Source: a virus | Reading direction: 5' to 3' (one strand) | DNA length: 64,000 nucleotides | Virus record (IMG/VR): IMGVR_UViG_3300032307_000797 | Shown here: positions 29,695-39,913 of the stretch, piece after piece | Layout of the letters: every line of letters begins with the position of its first letter | How positions within the stretch are numbered: the first letter of the stretch is position 1 | Translations under genes and position numbers: made by a program | Notes under the pieces: generated by a model | Seen by the model: only the letters and a program-made list of their open reading frames with translations | What the model was told of the DNA's origin: nothing | Databases searched by the model: none

Positions 29695-30911
29695 TATATT
29701 CCGTATTTTCTTTTAATGTTGTTATAGTTGTTTATCACTTCAGATGACGAAAACGACCTATTGTATAATTTAACTAATGGTATTTCCCCCGTTGTTGCAG
29801 CAAATCCGTCCACTCTCCAACCAATTCTAATGTCTGAGGTACTTTGTATTCTATTTGTTATTGTTCCTGTTGATTTTTGTTCGCCGTTCACGTACACTGT
29901 CGCGGTATTACCTGCAACCGTTGCTATTATATGATGATAGGTATTTAATACTGAAATATTTCCAGTAGTAATATAATTAGCACTAGCATTTCCCTGTTGG
30001 CCCATAATAAAATTTATATAACTATTACTACCTCTCATATCCTGTAATAACCAATACTCTTGATAATAATCGTTGCCCGAACCTTTTTGTATTATACAAT
30101 TTGCAGTATTTGCCGTCGGATAGATTACAGCTTCGATAGTAAAATCTCCGGTGAAACTTTGATTGTTATTGTGTGGTACAATAATATAATCATTAGTACC
30201 ATCAAATGACACATTTCCATTATTGTTAAAAGAAGTGTTTGTTAAATCAATTGTGGATGACCCAACACTATCAATTAAACCATTTGATTTCTCAACTCGA
30301 TAAACTCTCAAATACTCCATCTCAACCATCGCATCGGCGGAGGAACAACCAAAAGTTAGGTATCTATTATTGGCGCCATAATCAGTTCCCGATGCACCGT
30401 TAAAACGATATCTTATTGTTTTATATGTTTTACCGATTTGATTGTATTCTATTGTTTTGAAACTGTTATATGCCCTTCCTAAATAGATAACCGGATTAGT
30501 TGAACCATTACCTGTTCTCGAAACATAAACAAATCTAACTTTTAGTTCTACAATATATTCTTCGCTTGAATTAAAAGTGGTTGGTAAAATGTCATAGGTA
30601 ATCCAATTACCACCGGTACTCCCAAGTGCACCTCCATTCCACGACCTTAATCCAGGTTGGGATACGTAATAATTAGATAAGTCTCCACCAATAAATCTAA
30701 ATGTACCACCCGTCATGTAACTTTGTGTAAATTGACCTAAATAATATCCTGAGGTGTAACATGAGTGTCCTGTTGGCTTTGTTCCACTTGGGTTAAATTC
30801 GGGATTAGGGGATAGTTGGGTTAGTGTCCATCCATATGGAAAATTATTGGTATCATAACCAAAAACTAAATTTTCTTCTCCCGATAAATTAGGTCCTGTT
30901 GATGTTGGCAT
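29694..30911 (-). CDS. LamG virion lectin with insert
   Basis: LVFGYD, FDGTNDYI, VYVNG, KLYNRSF. Confidence 0.85.
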   Translation of the reverse strand: MPTSTGPNLSGEENLVFGYDTNNFPYGWTLTQLSPNPEFNPSGTKPTGHSCYTSGYYLGQFTQSYMTGGTFRFIGGDLSNYYVSQPGLRSWNGGALGSTGGNWITYDILPTTFNSSEEYIVELKVRFVYVSRTGNGSTNPVIYLGRAYNSFKTIEYNQIGKTYKTIRYRFNGASGTDYGANNRYLTFGCSSADAMVEMEYLRVYRVEKSNGLIDSVGSSTIDLTNTSFNNNGNVSFDGTNDYIIVPHNNNQSFTGDFTIEAVIYPTANTANCIIQKGSGNDYYQEYWLLQDMRGSNSYINFIMGQQGNASANYITTGNISVLNTYHHIIATVAGNTATVYVNGEQKSTGTITNRIQSTSDIRIGWRVDGFAATTGEIPLVKLYNRSFSSSEVINNYNNIKRKYGI

Positions 30912-31567
30912 TATATTCCGAATCTTGATTTATGTGCGTTATAGTTCTGTAGAACTTCTGAGGGCGATAAACCTCTATTGTACATTTTTATTGACGACAT
31001 TTCACCTATACTCGCCCAACTAGAATCCCAATTACCAAAATATACATCCGCAGCACCTGACGGAGTTGAACCTAACGCGGTCCCTAATAATGAACCGTTA
31101 ACGTATGCAAATTTTCCATCAGGTCCATTTATACCAACAATATGAACCCATTGATTTAAAGATAAAGTAGTGGTAATTCCGAATATATCTAAATTCGTCG
31201 AGTTTGCGTCAGTCCCCGTCCCAACAAATATGTATTGTTGCCAATAGTAATTAAAAACACCTTGATAATATGTTGGTTGTCCCGCACCGCCCGTACCATT
31301 ATTATTTATATCGGTTCTCTTAAAAAATAAATCAACAGTATATGCTCGTAATGTCGTGAAATTATAATTTCCTGCGCGTAAATAATCATATCTATCATAT
31401 GTTTTTACTGTACCATTTGAAATATTGGCACCGTTACCCATAGTACCATTATAACCATTACCACTCAAATCATAGAGGGTGTTACCACTCGATGAGTTTG
31501 GAGCTTTGGGGTCATAATATGTAATAAGACCGTCTGTAACTATTTTTGAGGAATACTCTAATGCCAT
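30911..31567 (-). CDS. LamG virion lectin, no insert (start moved to ATG 31567)
   Basis: MALEYSSKIVTDGLITYYD, DLSGNG, WVHIVG, MYNRGL. Confidence 0.85.
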   Translation of the reverse strand: MALEYSSKIVTDGLITYYDPKAPNSSSGNTLYDLSGNGYNGTMGNGANISNGTVKTYDRYDYLRAGNYNFTTLRAYTVDLFFKRTDINNNGTGGAGQPTYYQGVFNYYWQQYIFVGTGTDANSTNLDIFGITTTLSLNQWVHIVGINGPDGKFAYVNGSLLGTALGSTPSGAADVYFGNWDSSWASIGEMSSIKMYNRGLSPSEVLQNYNAHKSRFGI

Positions 31568-31587
31568 ACCAATAAATACCAAAAACC

Positions 31588-32283
31588 TCAGTTATTTGGT
31601 TTCAATTTTTCAGCAATCAAATTAAAGAGTGTATTGTCCTTTTGAATGTCGGTTCCTGATAGTTTGGATGCAATGGATATGGAGATTCCCTCACCAGCAC
31701 CACCGACAAGTTTGTTTAAATGTAAATCAGAGAAATCCTTACAGAGTTGTAGTTTTTCGTAATGTTCAAAGAATCGTTCTTGATTGAATCCAACTTTATT
31801 AAAAATAAGGATGTATTCCCATATGGTTTCAAGTTCCCCATATGACGGGTAAACCTTTTCAACATACATCTTGTATGAGTTCCATTCACCGTGGTTAACA
31901 ACTACCTCTTTTACCCATTCTTTTCCATTCTGGTGACCTTTTAGGTTCTCCAAGTACGAAATACCGTATTTGAATACATAACGTTTTAAATCGTTTAAAA
32001 AGGACCAATCTTGTATTTCCAAATCGGCATCTAATATAACAGAAATATCATGATATTTTGTCATATGTTTTACCAAAATGAGTTTGTCGTGATAAGATTT
32101 TACCGACCTTAAATAAGGAATTACTTTAACAAAGATTGGTGAATATCTTTCCTCGAAATATTTGGGTTTATCGGTTAAAACATAAACGTTATAACCATTA
32201 GCAAGAATGTTGTTTAATTTTATTGTTGTTTGTTCAAAATATTTCTCATCACCAAAACATAATATCCCTATTCCAATCCTCAT
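31588..32283 (-). CDS. Putative GT-A glycosyltransferase
   Basis: IGILCFG...YVLTD...SYHDK...VILDAD (DxD). Confidence 0.55.
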   Translation of the reverse strand: MRIGIGILCFGDEKYFEQTTIKLNNILANGYNVYVLTDKPKYFEERYSPIFVKVIPYLRSVKSYHDKLILVKHMTKYHDISVILDADLEIQDWSFLNDLKRYVFKYGISYLENLKGHQNGKEWVKEVVVNHGEWNSYKMYVEKVYPSYGELETIWEYILIFNKVGFNQERFFEHYEKLQLCKDFSDLHLNKLVGGAGEGISISIASKLSGTDIQKDNTLFNLIAEKLKPNN

Positions 32284-33053
32284 ATATCAAATCTTGGTTT
32301 AAAAATCTCCCAATGTCTTCCTACTTCGGTATCCGAGAGTTGTTTTGAATGAACCATAACAATACCTATTTGACCATTCCACATATAACCGTAACTATCA
32401 CTACCCGGACCATAACTATCGGACATACAAGCCCCCCAAGTACCGCTAATACTTCTTATTGAGGGACTTACCGAACCAACTAACGTGGTATCATCAACTA
32501 AATTATTATCAATATACATTTTAATGTTGGTATCTTGAACTGCCCATACTAAATAATGCCAGTTTCCGTCATTTATTCCGCCAACAGAACTATCAATTGT
32601 TTGCCACGGTGCAGTATAATAAATCATTCTCATGTATCCATTATAAACGGCCGCGGCAAAGTTTACAGGACCACCATTACACCAAGATATTATACCTAAT
32701 TGACCACTCGCAGATGTTTTAACCCAAGCGGACACTGTGAATCGTGTTCCGGCATAAAAACCACCACTACTGATGTAAGCAAAATCGTTTACTCCATCAA
32801 ATGTAAATTCACCACCTTTGACTTTTGTAAATGACGGTGCTTGTGGTGGGTTAGTAGAATATGTTGTTCCACCTAATGTATAGAAATTCATATCTCGTCC
32901 ATTACCACTTAAATCTCTCCAAACGTATCCACCATTTGGATATGAATAATATCTCGCAGCATCGTAATAACATTGAAGTGATTCTGTTACAACACCACTG
33001 ACATTACTGTTGTTATTGATTGAATTATCCGGACCTGTTACTACTGTTGACAT
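32280..33053 (-). CDS. LamG virion lectin, no insert
   Basis: LQCYYDA, WRDLSGNG, FDGVNDF, DGNWHYL. Confidence 0.85.
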   Translation of the reverse strand: MSTVVTGPDNSINNNSNVSGVVTESLQCYYDAARYYSYPNGGYVWRDLSGNGRDMNFYTLGGTTYSTNPPQAPSFTKVKGGEFTFDGVNDFAYISSGGFYAGTRFTVSAWVKTSASGQLGIISWCNGGPVNFAAAVYNGYMRMIYYTAPWQTIDSSVGGINDGNWHYLVWAVQDTNIKMYIDNNLVDDTTLVGSVSPSIRSISGTWGACMSDSYGPGSDSYGYMWNGQIGIVMVHSKQLSDTEVGRHWEIFKPRFDI

Positions 33054-33054
33054 A

Positions 33055-34398
33055 TTATAAATTATAACGACCTCTTATTGTGTTAAAATTAGATTTAACC
33101 TCTTGTTCTGTTAGTGCAGCATTATAAATTCTCATCAAATCTAATTCTCCATTCATTTTTCTACCATCTCCTTGTCCAATTGTTATTGCCGATGAATTTT
33201 GATAAGGAATATTTGTCAAAGTAGTACTATTATGTAGTTCTCCATTTATATAAAGTTTCCAATTATATGAACTATCAAATGTAGCAACTATATGATACCA
33301 TGTTCCATTTGTTATGGTAATTGCCGAACCCAATGTATTTTGACTTGCAGCCTGATTATCATAACAAATCATGGTATATATCTGACCCAAATCATTCGCC
33401 CTCAATCCATAAACCGCGCCGCCACTATAACCTCCTTCTTTTTGGAATAATACGTGGAATCCACCAGATGGTGTACCGGTCGGTTTAAATACCGCCTCTA
33501 AAGTATGGGTGGTTAACATATTCCAACTTGATGCGGGTAAATCAATATAATCATCAGTACCATCAAAAATTATTTTACCGTTTGAATTATATGATACAGT
33601 TGAAGAGTTTATTGATGGAACATTTCTTGTTCTATCAAATAACCCCTGTGTTGAACTTCTTGTAAGTGTGGGACTGAATTTTGTTGGGTGGTCTTTTAAT
33701 TCTAATTGTACATCAGAAATTCTTAAATGATTGCTCGACGCCCCTCCATTATAGAAATAAACGTTACTGTCGGGATTATTCAAATCTCTACTACCTGAAA
33801 CGGTAAATGTGTGGTACATTCTTTCCCATGTATGTGTTCTTGTGTTTATTGTAGTTACAGAACCCGATGATAAACCATCCCAAAAATTCCAATTGTTTGT
33901 TAAGTCCTTACTATAAAAACCAACATTCGCATATTTTGATGTGCTCGTTGTCCATTGTAACCACGATATCGTGTATTTTGAACCGGCGGTCAATCCGTAA
34001 CTACTCCAAGCACTCATGTTTGACCCCAAATACTTTGCTTGCCATGTACCAACAGTGTCGTAAATCTGTACAACAGGTTTTTTTAAATCATTGTCATATA
34101 TCCAATATGCGTGTCTTGCATATTCCCATGCAACACCTGAATTGGCAACACTAATACCTGTATTCAAATAATATGAAATATCACTGTTATCAGTGTTGTA
34201 TACTCTAATTGCTTGTGGATGATTTACCGCAATTGTACCTTGAGCACTTTCGGGCATGTATGATGTATATGTACCATCGATTCTTGGATTTTGATGATAG
34301 ATATAATTTGTTGTTGGTTCACCCGCAAATGATTTTCCATCACTTAAATCGTAGTGAAAAACTAATCCATCTCTTATTATTTTTGGTCCACTACTCAT
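33055..34398 (-). CDS. LamG virion lectin with insert
   Basis: GPKIIRDGLVFHYD, GEPTTN, FDGTDDYI, RIYNAAL. Confidence 0.85.
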   Translation of the reverse strand: MSSGPKIIRDGLVFHYDLSDGKSFAGEPTTNYIYHQNPRIDGTYTSYMPESAQGTIAVNHPQAIRVYNTDNSDISYYLNTGISVANSGVAWEYARHAYWIYDNDLKKPVVQIYDTVGTWQAKYLGSNMSAWSSYGLTAGSKYTISWLQWTTSTSKYANVGFYSKDLTNNWNFWDGLSSGSVTTINTRTHTWERMYHTFTVSGSRDLNNPDSNVYFYNGGASSNHLRISDVQLELKDHPTKFSPTLTRSSTQGLFDRTRNVPSINSSTVSYNSNGKIIFDGTDDYIDLPASSWNMLTTHTLEAVFKPTGTPSGGFHVLFQKEGGYSGGAVYGLRANDLGQIYTMICYDNQAASQNTLGSAITITNGTWYHIVATFDSSYNWKLYINGELHNSTTLTNIPYQNSSAITIGQGDGRKMNGELDLMRIYNAALTEQEVKSNFNTIRGRYNL

Positions 34399-35564
34399 TA
34401 TAATCCAAATCTTCTTTTTGATGCATTATAGTTTTGGTAAACCTCTTCTGCGGTTAATGCTCTATTATAAATCTTAGCAACGGGGATGTAACCATGAAAA
34501 TTATGTGTATCATCCACGATTGTACCACCATAAGTTCCGATATAGTATGTGGCACTTGGTATTGTGCCCGTTAATGATGCGTTCCACACCTCAACACCAT
34601 TTATATAAGCTCTACTAACACTTCCGTTATAAGTCCCAACTAAGTGTGTCCATTGATTTCTTGGTATTTGTCCATTAGTATTACTTGGTCGTGCCCCTGT
34701 GGATGTTTGAACCGCCCAATGTGAACCAAATGTTGTTCCACCATCTGCAGAATCAAAAATACCCAAATACATACTATTTGTACTTGAGATTACTCCTCCT
34801 CTGATTGTGCCAGGTGTAACCAAATCTTGTGGATTAATCCACGCTTCACATGTAATATAATTCGTTGGTTGGGTAAATGAAGTTAGTTGTATGTAATCAT
34901 TTGTTCCATCGAAATTCAACATTGCATTTGAATCAAATGATGCATTTGCCACGGTCATAACACTTCTCTTGGATAAATCTAAAAGAGCTTGGGTATTTGA
35001 ACGAGTACCGGGGGTAAATGGTGTAAAATGTGATTTTTGTTCAACCTGAACACCCTTTAATTCAAATGTGTGATTATAGGTTGTATAATCATCACCATCT
35101 TGCATGAACCATAAAACTCTGTCGGTATTTGCCGGTGTTGTAATTGTATATGACGCGGTTTGCCAACCATCAATATCCAATATTCCAATCTGAGCGGTGG
35201 TTGGAAAATACGATGTGATATATGAACCTCCGTTATATGGTTGGATTTGATATCTTAATGTTGGTACTCCACTTATTTTTTTAAATCTTACCGAAAAAGT
35301 ATATGTGGTGTTTGGTGATAAACCATAAACCCATTCACTTTGTCTTGTATTTGAATTCACGTCAACAATTCTACAATGATATTCATCTATCATCGTTCTT
35401 GTTCCGATACTACCTTGTCCTGAACCGTCAATACTCCACGCCGATTCCCAACGAGCATCAACAAGATTTGTTGTTGGTTCCCCAACAAAAGACTTTTCAT
35501 TACCTGTGTCGTAATGAAAAACTAAATCTTGTGTTATTGTTTTTGGTCCTCTGTGATGTGACAT
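34398..35564 (-). CDS. LamG virion lectin with CBM4/9-like insert
   Basis: GPKTITQDLVFHYD, GEPTTN, LSPNTTYTFS, FDGTNDYI, KIYNRAL. Confidence 0.85.
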   Translation of the reverse strand: MSHHRGPKTITQDLVFHYDTGNEKSFVGEPTTNLVDARWESAWSIDGSGQGSIGTRTMIDEYHCRIVDVNSNTRQSEWVYGLSPNTTYTFSVRFKKISGVPTLRYQIQPYNGGSYITSYFPTTAQIGILDIDGWQTASYTITTPANTDRVLWFMQDGDDYTTYNHTFELKGVQVEQKSHFTPFTPGTRSNTQALLDLSKRSVMTVANASFDSNAMLNFDGTNDYIQLTSFTQPTNYITCEAWINPQDLVTPGTIRGGVISSTNSMYLGIFDSADGGTTFGSHWAVQTSTGARPSNTNGQIPRNQWTHLVGTYNGSVSRAYINGVEVWNASLTGTIPSATYYIGTYGGTIVDDTHNFHGYIPVAKIYNRALTAEEVYQNYNASKRRFGL

Positions 35565-35573
35565 AATATTTTT

Positions 35574-36713
35574 TTATCCTAGATATGCTACTGAGAAATT
35601 ATCATTCGCATCAAATGAGATTGCACCCACGGCAACAACCATTTTAAGAGTATCGCCCGCATTTAATTTACATATTGTACTACCACCTGTATGGTTCATG
35701 GTGGTATTTGCACCAAATTCAATCATTATTTGTGGAGTTCCGGTTGTTCCTCCTGTATTATTTTTAAACACTATAAGTTGAGATATTGTGCCTAAACTAT
35801 TTGAATTTGTTCTTACCACAACATTTACTTGGTATAACCCTGTTATTGGGGCAGTAAATGTACCGTTTGTATTGTTCCAACCACTACCTTGTTGGTAATC
35901 AACATTTAAATAACTACCTGATAGGGTTGTGACGGCACCCATCGGTCCACCCGCACCTGTCACTCTAAATGCCGGTCTGTCAGTCATTACCATCGTACCA
36001 TTTACAGTTAATGAACCTGTTATAATAGTATCACTCGTAACATTAAGAGAACCTGTGATAGTTTGATTACCATTAAATGAGTTTGAACCTGTGGTCGCGA
36101 ATCCCATATCTGTTATAGTATTCCAACTTGCACCAACCCCATCTGTTTGTAAAATTCTTCCATCATATGAAGAACTTATTGCGGGTAAACCTCCACCAAC
36201 TGTTGCGGTTGCGAACCCCGATTGTGCCATAGAAAATGTAATAACGGCAGTATTCTCACTAAACATCTCAATAGATGACGGAATTACCACAAAACCATTA
36301 CTATCATAAACTTGAATTACCGGATATGTTTCACCCAAATTGTGGTTAAAATACCAAGTTGTGGAAGGAGTTGTGACTTCCAATAACTGTGTTGAACCAG
36401 GTACAGATTCGATAGTGAACGCTAATCCCGCATATGAGGATGTAACAGCATATGATGACGAAACAATATTTGTGAGTCCCGAACCGTCACCATTAAAATA
36501 TGATGCGGTAATTGAACCAATTAAATTAATCGAACCCGTGTTAACCGTATTGGTTGAAATCAATTCTTCAATTGATGGTCCGTCTGAACCTGATTTAGCA
36601 AGGAATACCTTACCATCAGTTGTGTTAATTGCTAATTCTCCGAGCAGTAGATTCGAGTTCGTGGGTTTTTGACCCGTAACCGCACTTCTACGCAGTTTGA
36701 CTATTTGAGCCAT
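35574..36713 (-). CDS. Tail fibre with C-terminal C1q (gC1q/TNF-fold) domain
   Basis: N-terminal LRRS...GELAINTTDGK fibre anchor; TWYFNHNLG; PAFRV...GTFTAPITGLYQV...LNAGD...FSVAYL. Confidence 0.8.
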   Translation of the reverse strand: MAQIVKLRRSAVTGQKPTNSNLLLGELAINTTDGKVFLAKSGSDGPSIEELISTNTVNTGSINLIGSITASYFNGDGSGLTNIVSSSYAVTSSYAGLAFTIESVPGSTQLLEVTTPSTTWYFNHNLGETYPVIQVYDSNGFVVIPSSIEMFSENTAVITFSMAQSGFATATVGGGLPAISSSYDGRILQTDGVGASWNTITDMGFATTGSNSFNGNQTITGSLNVTSDTIITGSLTVNGTMVMTDRPAFRVTGAGGPMGAVTTLSGSYLNVDYQQGSGWNNTNGTFTAPITGLYQVNVVVRTNSNSLGTISQLIVFKNNTGGTTGTPQIMIEFGANTTMNHTGGSTICKLNAGDTLKMVVAVGAISFDANDNFSVAYLG

Positions 36714-36735
36714 ATCTTTATTTTCCTTCTAAATC

Positions 36736-36767
36736 TTGGTATATACCAAATTATAACCTATATAGGT
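36736..36767. promoter_or_regulatory. Two perfect palindromes in the 5' leader of the C1q fibre gene
   Basis: TTGGTATATACCAA (36736-36749) and ACCTATATAGGT (36756-36767). Confidence 0.5.
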
Positions 36768-36793
36768 CTAATAATAAATACTTCTTCACGTAA

Positions 36794-36822
36794 ATAAAAA
36801 AACCCCGATTTCTCGGGGTTTT
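36794..36822 (-). terminator. Rho-independent terminator
   Basis: Minus strand AAAACCCCGA-GAAA-TCGGGGTTTTTTT just after gene 36843-38825. Confidence 0.85.
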
Positions 36823-36842
36823 AATGTTTGTGTTTGGTTAAG

Positions 36843-38825
36843 TTAGTAAGTACCTCCGTCGATTACGGTTGAGAATACCAAAGCACCGTTTGAATTTTTA
36901 TAACCTAATATTCCATCAAGAACATCAGTAGTTTCAGTTGTTGAAACATAACCAACAACGTTGGTACTATTTCTGAACATAATTGCTGATGATTTTGAGT
37001 TACCGTCAGCACCACCTGAAGAACTTAATGTCACGTTACCAGCAATCAAGGTTGCTCCGTTACTTGCGGTTACTGTAAATTTATTTGTATTGTAAGCCAA
37101 TGTTGTACCGTTATCGGTAAGTAAACTATCTCCGATATTGTTTGGACCTGTTGCCTTTGTAATTGTATTGGTCGTTAAACTAACTTCAGAACCATAAGTT
37201 CCTGCTGTTGTACCAACCAATTTACTTGATTGTCCACTTGATGATACAAACATCCAATAATCACTCTGAGAATCCCAAACAAGTGATGCCGATACCCCTG
37301 AAGAACCCGAATCGATAACTTCAAAACCAGCATATCTTTCAAATGGTGAGTATGCATTTAATCTGATAATATTGTCATCAAGTTCAACAACTGACGATGA
37401 GATATGTACCTGAGTTGCACTACCCAATAGATTTAAATTACCACTAATATTAACATCACCACTGAAACCGGTGTTTCCTGTGATTGTCATTGTACCACCT
37501 GTGATATTTGTTGATACTAAATTTGTTGTAGTTGCACTTGTTGAAACAAATGAAGAGTTGGAACCTAAATCTACTGTTGAAGGTAAACTTACGGTCCATG
37601 TTCTATCTCCTGTTAAGTTTTGTGCACCGCCTGTAACTGTTACTTGGTTTGTTGTTCCTGTAATAGTTAAACTTCTATCAGCTCTAACCGCCCCTGATGT
37701 GGTGGTTGCTTGTGAACTTAAAGTAAATTGATTGAAGGTCGGTGTTGCACCTGTTCTAATATCTTGAGCTAAATCATATTGAACTGTGTTTGTTCCGTTG
37801 TTAAATGATGTGGTTAAACCTTTAGCAGCAACACCAGCAAATGTGATTGTTTCGGTTTTAAGGGATACATCACCTAATGTGGTGGTTGTTCCATCAGAAC
37901 CTGTAACATATAAAGTAGAAACGATTCCTGTTAATTGTGAACCATCACCAATAAATGAACCTGTAAATGCAGATGCACTAACCGCACCCGTAATATTCAT
38001 TGAACCTTGTTGGTGGAATGAACCAGTAATAACAACTTGGTCGGACGATTCATTACCTAATGTTGTATTTCCAATAATTGTTAAATCGTCACCGAAATTA
38101 CTACCATTACCTAGCGTGATTCCCGCAACATATATTGAACCACTGAAGTATCCATTTCTCCATGCTTTACTTGTGGTACCTAAATCGAATGAATTGTTAA
38201 CGTCAGGAATAATAGAAGAAGAAACCTCAGCACCGAATGAGATATAATCGGTATCACCGTCACCAACTATGATATTACCACCCAAAGTGATATTACCATC
38301 GATAACCGCATTACCTGTTAATTTTAAATTTGAACCTGTGATGTTACCTGTGAATTGAGAGTCACCAATCACCGTTAAGTTGTTAGCAACTCTTACGTGT
38401 GAACCTGTCAATGATGTTGTAAAGTTACCGGTACCTCCCGTAACATTTGTTACGTTTGCATTTGTACCTGTTAAACTTGTTACCGTCACATTGGCAATGG
38501 TATTACCTTCAATGTTACCCGTTAAATCAATTTTTCTGTTCCCACCTGAAGCCAATATGAATAATGCTTCGTCAGTTGATGAGTAGAAAGGTGTACCATC
38601 GACAGTTGTACCGTATGAACCAGCACCAATTGTTGGAACGGTGGCTCCCTCATAGATTTTTGAAACGGGTTTATAACCACCAGCGATTTCGTCAGAACCA
38701 ATGAATACCCATGGACCGTTCATCGTTCCAATGGAACCCGTAGCAACGACCATTTCACCAGCTCTAGCGGTAACATCTTTAAGTTGTGTGATACTACCCC
38801 TTCTGTGCTTAATTATTTGTGCCAT
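36843..38825 (-). CDS. Tail fibre protein
   Basis: MAQIIKHRRG...GEMVVA anchor, many TGS repeats, ends IDGGTY. Confidence 0.8.
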   Translation of the reverse strand: MAQIIKHRRGSITQLKDVTARAGEMVVATGSIGTMNGPWVFIGSDEIAGGYKPVSKIYEGATVPTIGAGSYGTTVDGTPFYSSTDEALFILASGGNRKIDLTGNIEGNTIANVTVTSLTGTNANVTNVTGGTGNFTTSLTGSHVRVANNLTVIGDSQFTGNITGSNLKLTGNAVIDGNITLGGNIIVGDGDTDYISFGAEVSSSIIPDVNNSFDLGTTSKAWRNGYFSGSIYVAGITLGNGSNFGDDLTIIGNTTLGNESSDQVVITGSFHQQGSMNITGAVSASAFTGSFIGDGSQLTGIVSTLYVTGSDGTTTTLGDVSLKTETITFAGVAAKGLTTSFNNGTNTVQYDLAQDIRTGATPTFNQFTLSSQATTTSGAVRADRSLTITGTTNQVTVTGGAQNLTGDRTWTVSLPSTVDLGSNSSFVSTSATTTNLVSTNITGGTMTITGNTGFSGDVNISGNLNLLGSATQVHISSSVVELDDNIIRLNAYSPFERYAGFEVIDSGSSGVSASLVWDSQSDYWMFVSSSGQSSKLVGTTAGTYGSEVSLTTNTITKATGPNNIGDSLLTDNGTTLAYNTNKFTVTASNGATLIAGNVTLSSSGGADGNSKSSAIMFRNSTNVVGYVSTTETTDVLDGILGYKNSNGALVFSTVIDGGTY

Positions 38826-38872
38826 GTTTGTTTATAATTTTTCTTCTTTTATATAAATACTTAATTTTTCCT

Positions 38873-39559
38873 TTAAAAGAACCCTCCCAGGTCGATTTCG
38901 GCGTTTGCCGTCGGACTTGAAAGTGTCCCTAAACCAGAGATATTCAATGATGCGGAAATTATTTGTGAATTAATTAAGTTTTCAACGATTTTCATTGCCC
39001 CTGAAACAATTAATGTTTCTGAGTCGGGGTCACCCGTTTGTACTAATATGGTCTTACCCTCAACAATTAAATCACCTTTAATTGTGGTTGCTCCACTAAT
39101 GGTAATCATCGAACCGTCATCGATAATCCTTGAATCCTCAAGGGTATTGCCATTACCATTTAATTTTTGTAGGTGATAAGTTGTACCTGAAGTACTACCC
39201 ATTAAAAAAATAGATTCGGAACCTGAAGGTCCACCAATCCATCTATCATTTGATGAGTCCCATAAAAGACTTCCCGAGACAAGATTTGGAGATGTTGGGT
39301 CGTTTACAATTAAACCCGCCAAAGAACCCGCAATACCATTTAATTCGATGATATTGTCACCTAAACTAATTGTACTTGATTCAATTATTGTGGTGGTTCC
39401 TTGCACCGTAAGATTACCTCCAATAACAAGGGAACCCGATAAATCCAAATTGTTTACATATATCCCTTCTAATGGTGAGGTTTCACTACCCAAAACGACG
39501 GTACTACCCGAAGGTGGAACAGTGTCAATTTGGGTCCAATTAATCTTTTGTAATGCCAT
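38873..39559 (-). CDS. Tail fibre-related structural protein
   Basis: Shares the GNLTVxG...DNIIELN...SLLWDS module with the neighbouring fibres; ends IDLGGFF. Confidence 0.7.
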   Translation of the reverse strand: MALQKINWTQIDTVPPSGSTVVLGSETSPLEGIYVNNLDLSGSLVIGGNLTVQGTTTIIESSTISLGDNIIELNGIAGSLAGLIVNDPTSPNLVSGSLLWDSSNDRWIGGPSGSESIFLMGSTSGTTYHLQKLNGNGNTLEDSRIIDDGSMITISGATTIKGDLIVEGKTILVQTGDPDSETLIVSGAMKIVENLINSQIISASLNISGLGTLSSPTANAEIDLGGFF

Positions 39560-39606
39560 GTAAAAGTAAAGTCTTTTACATAAATATTTTATATTCGTTT
39601 ATGTGC

Positions 39607-39636
39607 AAAAAAAAAGAGGATTTTACTCCTCTTTTT
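39607..39636 (-). terminator. Rho-independent terminator overlapping the glutaredoxin stop
   Basis: Minus strand AAAAAGAGGA-GTAAAA-TCCTCTTTTTTTTT. Confidence 0.7.
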
Positions 39637-39913
39637 CTTCAATCATGTATTCTTTTATAATATTTATTGCCTCTTCTTCCCCATGAAAATCCCTTGTGGG
39701 ACAGAAAACAGGCCCTGTATTGGTCCCTTCTTGTCTAATAAAGAATGTAGGTAGATAATCTAATTTTGTTTGTTCGAGTACTTGGTCCCATAGTTTTTTA
39801 TTACTGTTGACCTCATATTCTGTAAACGGAATTGATTCTTTACCCAAACGAGTTTTCAAACTTTTACAAGCTCCACAACCATCAAGGGTAAATAGGATTA
39901 GTTTATTAGCCAT
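39623..39913 (-). CDS. Glutaredoxin-like protein
   Basis: LFTLDGCGAC active site, LPTFF. Confidence 0.8.
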   Translation of the reverse strand: MANKLILFTLDGCGACKSLKTRLGKESIPFTEYEVNSNKKLWDQVLEQTKLDYLPTFFIRQEGTNTGPVFCPTRDFHGEEEAINIIKEYMIEEKEE

